A stretch of DNA of 64,000 nucleotides. It comes from Candidatus Hydrogenedentota bacterium (GTDB taxonomy: Bacteria; Hydrogenedentota; Hydrogenedentia; Hydrogenedentales; SLHB01). A model generated the notes under the pieces. It had not been told where the DNA came from and did not search any database. It saw only the letters and a list, made by a program, of their open reading frames with translations. Positions 53,363-62,598 of this stretch are shown piece by piece (positions within the stretch are counted from its first letter, which is position 1; every line of letters starts with the position of its first letter). The translations under genes were made by a program, and so were the position numbers. Location: NCBI GenBank assembly GCA_963745075.1, contig CAVUWV010000021.1, positions 128,001-192,000 of the forward strand, read 5' to 3'.

Positions 53363-54526
53363 ATGCGATCCATCGATTTCGACCAACACAATGCTGAAGT
53401 GGACGCGGTTTCGACTGCGTATCGGGCGGGGAAGCCGCTACGCGTTCCGCTTATCTTCGGCATCAACCCCCGCTTCACACAGGATATCCCCAAAGCCAAC
53501 CCCAATGGGGTTTCGTTTCACGAATACCTGAGCGATCCCGATTGCATGTTGCAGCGACAGTTGCTTCATCAGGAATGGGTCCGGTTCAACATCCCACAAG
53601 ACCAGGTGATGGGCTATCCGAAAGACGGGTGGCCGGTCTACGTGGATTTTCAAAACACCTACGAAGCGGCATGGCTGGGCTGCCCGGTGAACTTCCGGGA
53701 CAACCAGGTTCCCGATACGACGCCACTGCTGGCCGACGACGATAAGAAGAATCTCCTGTTTGACGCCGGGATCCCGGACCCTTTCCGCGGTGGGTTGATG
53801 GCCCAGAACTGGTCGTACTACGAGCATTTCTGCGAGGTTCGCGACCGCGGCGTTGCCTACAAGGGCCTTCCCATCGGCGAGGTGACTGCAAGCGGGCTGG
53901 GCACGGACGGTCCCGTCACGGTCGCGTGCAATGTTCGTGGCGCCACGGAGTTCTTGACGGATCTCGCCTGCCATCCGGAGTACGCGCGCCAACTGCTGGA
54001 TTTCATCACCGAAGCCACGATCGCACGCATTCAGGCCTATCGCAAACGTCTCGACTTGCCGCTCAAAACGGAGGGGTGGTCTTTTGCGGACGATTCCATT
54101 CAGCTGATCTCCACGGAAATGTACGAGGAACTTGTCTATCCCTATCACAAACGCCTCATGGATACCTTCAGCGATGGCGGCCCAAACGGCATTCATCTCT
54201 GCGGAAACGCGACACGTCATTTCCCGTTCCTAAGAGATCATCTGAACATTCGAAACTTCGACACGGGATTTCCTGTGGACTTCTCGTGGCTACGGGAAAC
54301 GCTGGGACCCGACGTCGAGATACAGGGAGGGCCGTCCGTGCCGTTTCTGTTGGATGCCTCACCCGATGAAGTGACCGCGGAGGTGCGGCGAATTCTGTCA
54401 AGCGGCATCATGGAAGGTGGGCGCTTTGTCTTGCGAGAAGGGAACAATCTCGCGCCGGCCGTGCCGATGGAGAACCTTTGGGCCATGTACGATGCCAACC
54501 GAGAATGGGGACGGTATGCGAATTAG
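53363..54526 (+). CDS. Uroporphyrinogen-decarboxylase / MtaA-like family protein
   Basis: GPVTVACNVRG, FADD, YPYHK, IHLCG, GGRFVL..GNNL. Confidence 0.8.
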   Translation: MRSIDFDQHNAEVDAVSTAYRAGKPLRVPLIFGINPRFTQDIPKANPNGVSFHEYLSDPDCMLQRQLLHQEWVRFNIPQDQVMGYPKDGWPVYVDFQNTYEAAWLGCPVNFRDNQVPDTTPLLADDDKKNLLFDAGIPDPFRGGLMAQNWSYYEHFCEVRDRGVAYKGLPIGEVTASGLGTDGPVTVACNVRGATEFLTDLACHPEYARQLLDFITEATIARIQAYRKRLDLPLKTEGWSFADDSIQLISTEMYEELVYPYHKRLMDTFSDGGPNGIHLCGNATRHFPFLRDHLNIRNFDTGFPVDFSWLRETLGPDVEIQGGPSVPFLLDASPDEVTAEVRRILSSGIMEGGRFVLREGNNLAPAVPMENLWAMYDANREWGRYAN

Positions 54527-54555
54527 GAATTGGCCTTCAGCCAATTCGGACGGGC

Positions 54556-56826
54556 CTATGGGTCGAGCAGCACGATCGTCGTGCCGGACAGATTGATCGT
54601 GCGACTCGTGTCGTCTTCAAACACAATCCGGATCGTTCGCGGCGTGTACGCGCGATCTTCCAAAACGAGTTCGCTGTCGCGCAACTTGGCGTTGATGCTA
54701 TCAATGCCAAAAGCTCCTCCGCGTTTCCGGTCCACGTAGACGTCTCCCCAATGATCGCGAATGCGGTTGCGCGCCTCTGCCGCCGCACCGTTCCCCCACG
54801 AAAAGATGGTAAACGGCCCAATTCCTTCGCCCTCCTCCGACGCCGTCCCACCGTGTCCGAAGTTCTCCATCGTGAACCCGTAATCCTCGGGACCGAAGAA
54901 GGGATGCACCTTTTCGTACAACACTTTCTGGCGGGGATTCTCGGGGCAGTACATCATGACGAAGGCGGATTTCAGTGCTGCCACTCCGCGTTCAAAAAGT
55001 TGCGTATCGCCGGTTTCCTTGTAGTAGTCCATAAACAATTCCGCGAACAGGCACTCCCGGGAATCATTCCACTCTCCGTCGCAGTTCATGACGCCGAAAC
55101 CACCTAGCGCAGGAATGGGTATGTACGGCGGTTGCCAGACCTGTTGGGTCATGCTGAGTTCATCCAGCGTGCGCCGCCCCCAGCGTAGGTACTCCTCGTC
55201 GCCCGTAGCACGATACGCCTCCAGAAGCGCTTCAGCGGTCCAGAAAACGCAAAAGTTGTTCTGCTTGTACATGGCGCTTCGAGCGATTTGCTCGCCGAGA
55301 TACTCGGGATAGCCCCACTGGCAACAGGAAAAATAGGTTTCAAAATCTTCCCAGCGGCCGACGGGGATGATGTCGCGGATCACCGCGTCCATCGCGCGCA
55401 GTGCCGCGTCGCGATAACGGGTTTCGTCTGTCAACGCGGCGAGTTTCAAAAGAAAGGTTACGCTCATGCTGGTCTCGGGCGTCTTTCGGTACTTACCCCA
55501 AGGCTCCTGCGTTTCGGGATCGAGCCAAGCGGGAAGAAAGCCGCTCGCATCTTGAAGAGTCACCAGCCGGTCGGCGTAGCGTTGCGCGTACTCCAGCAAC
55601 GCCGGATCCTGCTCGAATTCATCGTACCAGCGCAGCATCAGGAGGCACGTCCAACTCGCGTCGAGCACGTGATACCAGCGATCCGTAACCCCGCTCTTCC
55701 TGGGCACACGATCGGAATTGGTCCAATAGCCTTCGCGCCAGGGTTTCGGCCGGTCTACGGTTGCGCCGTCCACCTCGATCGTTTCATTCGCGGTGCGGTA
55801 CACGGACGGGAAAAGTCCTTTCGTCTGAGGCGCGGCGAGCGTAAACGCTTTGATCAAATTGGCGCGCCGCAGTAAATCCGAGTCTTCCGTTCGCACCGCG
55901 TAGCGCCGCATCCCTGCACCCACACGAAGTGTTGAGAACCATGCCTGGTTCCAAATCGACAGAAACTCGCGCTGAAACCATGGACCGGGGTAGTTGGGCG
56001 ACTGGCTGACGTTGACAATGAACGGAGGACCTCCCACGCGCTTGCCGTCTATTTCAAATTCCTGCCACATGCTGTCCTTCCACGAATCGAAGGCCCAGTG
56101 GTACGTATGGTCCACGTACGTGTCCATGGGAACACGCAGGGGCTCACCCTGGGCGTAGAGTGGACGTGCGAAGCGCTCCCATAAAAAGTGCGACACGCGC
56201 GCCCACGGATTCACCGGCGTTTCGTCGTCCCGGTAGAGCGCAAGGTAAAACCCCAATTCGACGCGGCCCGGTTCAAAGGTCATGCCGGGCTCCTTCTTGA
56301 ACAGCACATGGAGGGGCACGGAAGTGCGCGACATGCCGAGCCACATGGTTTGCGCGGGAGCGTCATAGTCCATGAACCAGGGATTATCCGGCCGCGCCCC
56401 AACCATAGCCAAATCCGGAACAATGACGAGGACATCGGATCCCTTGACAGCGATCATGGCTGGCGAACGGAAGACGTGCTGCGCGATGCAGAAGCCCGCC
56501 TCCGGCGCAAGATGCGGCGCCCACCACAAGTCGGGTGTAACGCGCAAGTCGAATCGAATAGATAGTTCGTCCTGTTGGACGGGTTGGTCCACATTCCATT
56601 GCATGCGGACATGACGCCAACCATCGGCCGTGTCAACTACGGAAATTGCCGGCGCGCGATTCTCCAGGAGCGGGCCCGTGAACTCGAACCAATCCTGGTC
56701 GCCCAGAGAAGCCGCATAGCGATCATCGGCTTTCGTGATCCGGCATTGCGGAAGCGCACGTTCGGCGTTGTTCTGAGCGGACGCGGTTGACATTCCGAAG
56801 ACGACAGCCGCTATAATTCGATACAT
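54556..56826 (-). CDS. Secreted (alpha/alpha)6-barrel glycosidase-like protein
   Basis: Signal peptide; Trp/Tyr-rich helices (Y..TGDE.YL, WEDFETY, GEWNDSR). Confidence 0.5.
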   Translation of the reverse strand: MYRIIAAVVFGMSTASAQNNAERALPQCRITKADDRYAASLGDQDWFEFTGPLLENRAPAISVVDTADGWRHVRMQWNVDQPVQQDELSIRFDLRVTPDLWWAPHLAPEAGFCIAQHVFRSPAMIAVKGSDVLVIVPDLAMVGARPDNPWFMDYDAPAQTMWLGMSRTSVPLHVLFKKEPGMTFEPGRVELGFYLALYRDDETPVNPWARVSHFLWERFARPLYAQGEPLRVPMDTYVDHTYHWAFDSWKDSMWQEFEIDGKRVGGPPFIVNVSQSPNYPGPWFQREFLSIWNQAWFSTLRVGAGMRRYAVRTEDSDLLRRANLIKAFTLAAPQTKGLFPSVYRTANETIEVDGATVDRPKPWREGYWTNSDRVPRKSGVTDRWYHVLDASWTCLLMLRWYDEFEQDPALLEYAQRYADRLVTLQDASGFLPAWLDPETQEPWGKYRKTPETSMSVTFLLKLAALTDETRYRDAALRAMDAVIRDIIPVGRWEDFETYFSCCQWGYPEYLGEQIARSAMYKQNNFCVFWTAEALLEAYRATGDEEYLRWGRRTLDELSMTQQVWQPPYIPIPALGGFGVMNCDGEWNDSRECLFAELFMDYYKETGDTQLFERGVAALKSAFVMMYCPENPRQKVLYEKVHPFFGPEDYGFTMENFGHGGTASEEGEGIGPFTIFSWGNGAAAEARNRIRDHWGDVYVDRKRGGAFGIDSINAKLRDSELVLEDRAYTPRTIRIVFEDDTSRTINLSGTTIVLLDP

Positions 56827-56868
56827 TCGTGAATCCACGACTCGTAATCCCCCCAAGATGCGACGGCG

Positions 56869-59052
56869 TCACGCTCCGTTTCGAATGCACGCCATACAGA
56901 CGCGAATCTCACTATAACTTACATCGCCTTCCAAGGCTTGAAAAACCGGCTTCAAATGGTTGGTCTCCAACTCGGAGGTGCAAGTACGAACCCGTTCAAG
57001 GACGGATTCATGAACCCACGGGGTCGGATCGGTGATGTCATGGTTTTCGATGTACTTCACCAGATACCCCTCGATCGTCGACGCCGCGAGTTGCAGGGTT
57101 TCACTAACCTCCTCAATGGTTCGCCGTTCGGCAAAAAGTGCGTCGCACTGACGTTGACGTTCCGCCGCGGATAATCGCCTACCTAGGGACTTCCCGCTCG
57201 TACCTGCGCTTCGCGCCGGCGTCGCCGCCGATTTGGCGTCCAGCCCATGTTCGTTGCAGTAGTTGCGGATGGCCTCGATAAACTCGTCACCGAAGTCGCG
57301 CCACTTCTTCTGTCCCACGCCATGAACGCCCAGGAAATCGATAGAGTTGGCGGGTCGCTTCCGCGCCATGTCCTGCAGTGAAGCATCGTTGAAGACGACG
57401 TAGGGCGGCACGCGGAGTTCCTCGGCCTTCCGGCGGCGCAATGCGCGCAGATGTTCAAAAAGCCCCTCGTCCACGCCCTCCCATGATTTGGCGGCCGTTT
57501 TCGAGGCCTTCCTCCCCCGCGCTACGGTTTTCGTGAGCGCCGCCGCGACATCGCCGGAACCGCGCCCCTTGGCCGTTACACTGAGGATGTTGTACTCCCC
57601 CCTCTTCTCCAAATAACCCTGGGCCACCAACTGTTCAATCCAGTCGCGCGCCGCGCGTGGTCCCTCCGAAGCGAGACTTGCGAAGGTGCTGAGGTTGTCG
57701 TGGCCTTTGGCCAGGACTCTGTCTTCCATGGCGCCGGAGAGCACCAGGGCGGTGTACGTCGGGCCGGCCATGGAACCCAGTTCATCCACGCAGGTCAGGA
57801 TCGAACGAACGATTTCGTCGGAGCCGTCGACCGTATCGAGCTCCTCAAGGCAATAGTCGCAAGCGCCGCACCGTTCCCTGGGGTAAACTTCGTCGAAGTA
57901 GGCCAGCAACGTCTTGCGGCGGCACGCTGCGCCCGTCGCATAGCGTTGCATGTCTTCCAGCTTCGAGATGGCAATCGCGACGCCGTCCCCTTCCTGTTTG
58001 GAAAGAATGCTTTTCCAAATCATGAAATCTGCACCGGAGTAAAACAAACGACATTCGGCCTCCAAACCGTCCCGGCCCGCGCGCCCGCTCTCCTGCTGGT
58101 AATGCTCGATGGACTTGGGCATGCCCGCGTGAATGACGTAACGGACATCAGGTTTGTCAATGCCCATCCCAAACGCGACCGTCGCGACGACAATGTCAGC
58201 TTTGTCCCGGATAAAGGCGTCCTGGTTGCGCTTGCGCTCCTCGTCGCTGAGACCCGCGTGATAGGGCACGGCGTTGTGTCCCGCCGCGTTCAACCGCGCA
58301 CAAAGTGAATCCACCTCTTTCCGGCTGATGCAATAGATGATCCCGGATTCGCCCTCGTGCCGTCCGAGCACGTCCCCGATTTGTTTGAACGCATCCTGGC
58401 GGCGTTCCGCGCGGTATACCAGGTTCGGCCGGTCGAACGATCCGACCAGTACCTCCGGATCGCGAAGGCCCAGTTCCTCCACGATGTCGTCGCGCACGTG
58501 TCGGGTCGCCGTTGCCGTGTAGGCATGCACGTGGATCTCGGGAAAGGCGTCGCGCAGCCCCCGCAATTGGCGGTATTCCGGCCGGAAGTCGTGGCCCCAT
58601 TGACTGATGCAGTGCGCCTCATCGACCACCATAAACGAGAGGTCCGCGTTGTGGAGGTACTCGCGAAACCGTTCCTGCGCCAACCGTTCGGGCGACACGT
58701 ACAAGATCTTCAACGATCCCTCACGGATGGCCCTGTCTACCGACCGCCGTTCCCCCGCGTTCAGCCCACTGTGAATGGCCGCCGCCGGGACGCCATTCGC
58801 GGTGAGGGCGTCCACCTGATCTTTCATGAGCGAAATCAGGGGCGATATGACAACCGCCATGCCCGGCAACGCCAACGCGGGTGCCTGGAAACACAGCGAC
58901 TTTCCGCCGCCCGTAGGCAGGATGACGACGGAATCCCTGCGGTCGAGGACCGCCTGCATGGCCTCGCGTTGCAAAGGCCGAAAGCACTCGTAACCCCAAT
59001 ATTGCTGGAGAATCTGTTGTATTTGTTCCATCGAGATTACCGTAATTCTCAT
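56869..59052 (-). CDS. recQ: ATP-dependent DNA helicase RecQ
   Basis: PTGGGKSLC, VDEAHCISQWGHDFRP, TATA, AFGMGIDK, QESGRAGRDG, Zn-binding Cys, HRDC (PPYVVFND), C-terminal HTH. Confidence 0.96.
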   Translation of the reverse strand: MRITVISMEQIQQILQQYWGYECFRPLQREAMQAVLDRRDSVVILPTGGGKSLCFQAPALALPGMAVVISPLISLMKDQVDALTANGVPAAAIHSGLNAGERRSVDRAIREGSLKILYVSPERLAQERFREYLHNADLSFMVVDEAHCISQWGHDFRPEYRQLRGLRDAFPEIHVHAYTATATRHVRDDIVEELGLRDPEVLVGSFDRPNLVYRAERRQDAFKQIGDVLGRHEGESGIIYCISRKEVDSLCARLNAAGHNAVPYHAGLSDEERKRNQDAFIRDKADIVVATVAFGMGIDKPDVRYVIHAGMPKSIEHYQQESGRAGRDGLEAECRLFYSGADFMIWKSILSKQEGDGVAIAISKLEDMQRYATGAACRRKTLLAYFDEVYPRERCGACDYCLEELDTVDGSDEIVRSILTCVDELGSMAGPTYTALVLSGAMEDRVLAKGHDNLSTFASLASEGPRAARDWIEQLVAQGYLEKRGEYNILSVTAKGRGSGDVAAALTKTVARGRKASKTAAKSWEGVDEGLFEHLRALRRRKAEELRVPPYVVFNDASLQDMARKRPANSIDFLGVHGVGQKKWRDFGDEFIEAIRNYCNEHGLDAKSAATPARSAGTSGKSLGRRLSAAERQRQCDALFAERRTIEEVSETLQLAASTIEGYLVKYIENHDITDPTPWVHESVLERVRTCTSELETNHLKPVFQALEGDVSYSEIRVCMACIRNGA

Positions 59053-59117
59053 ACTGCCGCGCGGGCGCACATCTGGCAGCTTGACGAATTTGAGCCGATG
59101 ATATACACCTATAGCGC

Positions 59118-60122
59118 ATGATTGACGCGAACCTACACCGTACGCATTTCCGATTCCGGGGGCAAGTGTGCCTGGCCGCCGGGCTGCTCGCCTTGTGCGT
59201 TGCCTGCTCCACCGCGGGGAACGACAAGTTGGGCAAGGAGAGTATTCCCATGAACCGCCTCGACGAACTCTGGGATTTCCAGAATCCGGCGGCAACAGAG
59301 TTGCGGTTCCGTGCGTTCATGGCAAGTTCGGAAGACCCGGCGTTTCGCGCGGAAGCGTTGACCCAGATCGCGCGCGCGCAGGGGCTGCAAAACAAATTTG
59401 ACGAGGCGAACACAACACTGAACGAGGCCGAGGCACTCATCCCGGACGATACACCGGTGCCCCGCATCCGATTGTTGCTGGAACGAGGGCGCGTGCTCAA
59501 CAGTTCAGGACATCCCGAAGAAAGCCGCGCCTCTTTCCTCGATGCATTCCAACGTGCCGTGGACGCGAAGCAGGATAATTACGCGGTCGACGCCGCGCAC
59601 ATGCTGGGTATTGTCGAACCGCCGGAAGACCAGGTTGCGTGGACGGAGAAGGCGTTGAAGATCGCGGAATCCTCCAAGAATCCCCGTGCGCGCCGATGGT
59701 TGGGCCCCTTGTACAACAACCTGGGCTGGTCATACCACGATTCCGGACACCCCGACCAGGCTTTGAAGTTCTTCGAGCAGGCCCTTGCATGGTATGGAGA
59801 ACATGGCACCCCGGAGCAGATTCGTATCGCGCGGTGGGCCGTGGCCCGATCCTTGCGCTCGCTCGGCCGGGTCGAAGAAGCGCTGGAAATACAACGGGCG
59901 TTGCTCGTCGAGCTTGAAGCAGCGGGCCAAACGGACGGCTACGTATTCGAGGAACTCGCCGAGTGTCTGCTCGCCTTGGGCAAACCCGACGAAGCCATGA
60001 AGTACTTCGCCCTCGCCTACCGCGAACTGTCGCAGGACCCGCGGCTTGCCAAGACCGAGCCCGAACGCATCGAGCGCCTGAAACTGATGAGCGAAAGCGT
60101 TGGGGAACAGCGGCAGCAGTAG
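59118..60122 (+). CDS. TPR-repeat protein, probable lipoprotein
   Basis: CVAC lipobox-like motif; GPLYNNLGWSY TPR motifs. Confidence 0.75.
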   Translation: MIDANLHRTHFRFRGQVCLAAGLLALCVACSTAGNDKLGKESIPMNRLDELWDFQNPAATELRFRAFMASSEDPAFRAEALTQIARAQGLQNKFDEANTTLNEAEALIPDDTPVPRIRLLLERGRVLNSSGHPEESRASFLDAFQRAVDAKQDNYAVDAAHMLGIVEPPEDQVAWTEKALKIAESSKNPRARRWLGPLYNNLGWSYHDSGHPDQALKFFEQALAWYGEHGTPEQIRIARWAVARSLRSLGRVEEALEIQRALLVELEAAGQTDGYVFEELAECLLALGKPDEAMKYFALAYRELSQDPRLAKTEPERIERLKLMSESVGEQRQQ

Positions 60123-60146
60123 ATCGGTCAATCATTCTACGCTTTC

Positions 60147-61148
60147 TCAGAGCCCAATCTGCATTTGAGTCTCCGTCGTTCGCTTGAGGATCTCTTCCGC
60201 CAAGTTCTTGAAGTCGGTGTAACACTTCGAAACTGCGGCGGCATGCGCGCCAATCGCGCCGTCGGCGGGTGTCAGTTTAAATATTGGCTTCCTCGCGTCT
60301 TCTGCGAGCGGCATCAGGCTTTGATAATTCTTAATAAAGCCGATTCGGTTGCGGTCGGATTCTGGGTCCACCTCGGAGGGAACGCTTCGAAGAACATGCG
60401 TTTCGTAGATTGCGGGAATCTTCGAAATCCATCGTTGGTAGGCTTTCACTGGGCGATTTCTTCGTTCGACATGTTGCATGACTACGTAACCCGCGGGAGA
60501 CATCGTGCCCATGGGCATCGGTATATCGAGATCTAGCGGTTTCGCATCTAGACGCTGGCGCCAACCATCGCGCCAATTATGAAGCGTTGGGCCCAGATTT
60601 CTGAGTCCTTGGAGAGAGAATAGACCAGGGGCCAAAGGCATCACAACGAAGTCCGTCGCGATAAGCGACGCCCGATTGATTGCACCCAGGTTCGGTCCTA
60701 CATCCAGGAGGACGGTGTCCGCGCCGACCGATTTCGCCGCGTTCTCAATAATTCGGTAGAAGGCAGTCATAACTCGAAATGCCGCTTTGTCGCCGCCAAG
60801 GCACCTCGGCCAACTGTCGGAGAGTCGGTCTTCAAACTGGGATAGGCCCAAATCCCCCGGAAGAAGGTGGATCTCATCGCGTATTTGCTGCAACGGAGCA
60901 TCGCCTATGTCGCCCAAACCATCGATGATAGGAGCAATACAAGCTAAGATGCTCTGATTCTGGCCGCTCTCAGGCCACAATAGTTCGAGACGTTCTTCGT
61001 CAAGAAACATAGTAGTCAGATTTGCTTGCGGATCTAGGTCAACCGCCAACACTCGTTTACCGAGTTCCGCGCACATCCAAGCGACATGATAGACGAGCGT
61101 TGTCTTTCCAACACCACCCTTATTATTGAAGAAAGTAACTGTCTTCAC
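60147..61148 (-). CDS. ParA/Soj-like ATPase (orphan, no parB)
   Basis: FNNKGGVGKTT, VDLDPQANLT, LLDVGPNLG; GTG start overlaps the upstream stop. Confidence 0.9.
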   Translation of the reverse strand: MKTVTFFNNKGGVGKTTLVYHVAWMCAELGKRVLAVDLDPQANLTTMFLDEERLELLWPESGQNQSILACIAPIIDGLGDIGDAPLQQIRDEIHLLPGDLGLSQFEDRLSDSWPRCLGGDKAAFRVMTAFYRIIENAAKSVGADTVLLDVGPNLGAINRASLIATDFVVMPLAPGLFSLQGLRNLGPTLHNWRDGWRQRLDAKPLDLDIPMPMGTMSPAGYVVMQHVERRNRPVKAYQRWISKIPAIYETHVLRSVPSEVDPESDRNRIGFIKNYQSLMPLAEDARKPIFKLTPADGAIGAHAAAVSKCYTDFKNLAEEILKRTTETQMQIGL

Positions 61149-62338
61149 GTCGTGGCCTCTCGAATCGTGGCCAAAAAGAATGTGGGTTCACTGATATCAA
61201 ACTCTGCGGAAGGATTGCCATTCTCTCGTAAGAACCGCTGAGCTCGTGCAATACCGCGACCAAACCGCTCAACGTATCCAAGAGTATTCATCGCTTCTGC
61301 GATCTTGGGATTGCGGTAGTCATTTTGGTTCGGAAAAGTTTCGGGCGTAACTGCGCCGTACAATCCACCGGGGTTTTGAATCTCTATTCGGTCCGTGAAC
61401 CAATAGAAGCGTGTAGGGGCGTTCGATTCGTAGTCTCGGTGCATCACCGCGTTCATTAGCAACTCCCTTATCGCCGGAATGGGATACGGCGATCGTCTCT
61501 CCTCCTTGAGAGACGAGACTGTCTCCGATTGTATTGGAAACAACGTCTTCAGAAAACTATCCATCTGACGAAGAACGGTAATTAAGTCACCTTCGAATCG
61601 TCGCTCGTCTGAAGGCTCTGAGTCGAGCGCCTCACCCTCATACCGTACGTACTGGATTGCCGCTCCCGGAAACCAGATGAGAGGATCGCGCGCGAACAGG
61701 ATTGCGCCTGCATTTGTTGCGCAGGCCTCCCGAGACGACCAGAAGCCAAGGGATGCCATTTGAAGAAGCATGTCACGATCATTCTCCTCAATAATCTCCG
61801 GAGCGATTGCGGCATTTCTGTAAGTGAGTTGAAATAGATCCAGTACGAGTTCGTCCCGGCCACAACCTCGGCAAGGCCGCAAATCAAAAGTGCGGGCGTG
61901 ATGAGTGCGCTTCTCAGTGAGAATTCGTTCTTCCTGCTCGTTCGCAATCGCCTTGCGGTTACCGCGACGTATCCAAACACGACCGCGATAGCGAATGGGA
62001 GGAATGCCGGAAGGACGAACCTCGACCACGACCACTTCCCCTTCCGCAAGTTGCATCTTCTGCACCGTCACAGATGGAAGCGGCTGAATCTGTCCGGAGT
62101 CCGCATAGCTGGAGAGCTTCTGCAAGAGGTCGTCAGTTACCTCAACGCCTTCGATCGCACCGTCGGAATCTCGTGCACCAATTATCAAGTAACCAGGCAT
62201 GTTGTTCGAGGGCATATCATTGGCGAACGCACAAATGGCTTCGCAGAATTTGTCCGTATCTCGCGTAGAAACGGTACGTTCAATGCGATCCGACTCTAGA
62301 TCGTTCAGCAACTCTCTCAACTCTTGCTCATCAATCAT
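61145..62338 (-). CDS. Schlafen/AlbA_2 + GHKL-like (HATPase_c_4) protein
   Basis: ESDRIE..AICAFAND..GYLIIGARD; AIRELLMNAVMHRDY, RIEIQNPGGL, RNPKIA, VERFGRGI. Confidence 0.88.
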   Translation of the reverse strand: MIDEQELRELLNDLESDRIERTVSTRDTDKFCEAICAFANDMPSNNMPGYLIIGARDSDGAIEGVEVTDDLLQKLSSYADSGQIQPLPSVTVQKMQLAEGEVVVVEVRPSGIPPIRYRGRVWIRRGNRKAIANEQEERILTEKRTHHARTFDLRPCRGCGRDELVLDLFQLTYRNAAIAPEIIEENDRDMLLQMASLGFWSSREACATNAGAILFARDPLIWFPGAAIQYVRYEGEALDSEPSDERRFEGDLITVLRQMDSFLKTLFPIQSETVSSLKEERRSPYPIPAIRELLMNAVMHRDYESNAPTRFYWFTDRIEIQNPGGLYGAVTPETFPNQNDYRNPKIAEAMNTLGYVERFGRGIARAQRFLRENGNPSAEFDISEPTFFLATIREATT

Positions 62339-62367
62339 CCTCTACATCCTATTGCCTAATTCTCAAG

Positions 62368-62414
62368 TGCCACCACATCGTTCAGTGAAATATATGCCAG
62401 GACATCGTTCAGTA
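62368..62414 (+). repeat. IS left-end repeats
   Basis: tgccaccacatcgttcagtg (62368-62387) and tgccaggacatcgttcagta (62395-62414). Confidence 0.85.
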
Positions 62415-62598
62415 TTTGCATGATAAGCTGCCAGTGCCGGGTGAAACGGAAGCGGTTCTTGCTGGCGAGCACCCCGCCGAGGGATAGCCCGGTGAGGCTC
62501 ATCAGACGATGGGTTGGGATGGGGAGCGTACAGGCTCCCCATCTCCTTTCTGAACATCGGATGATAGACCTCCCATGCCTCAGAAAACGCTTTTCCGG

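Noticed and set aside
60147..61148. Chromosome or plasmid partition locus
   Set aside because: No parB, parS-like palindrome or rep gene nearby; the gene is coupled to the Schlafen gene instead
62465..62510. Hammerhead-like CTGATGAG on the minus strand inside the IS
   Set aside because: A stem can follow (gagc..gctc) but the next bases are GCCAG rather than the required GAAA, so the catalytic core is incomplete
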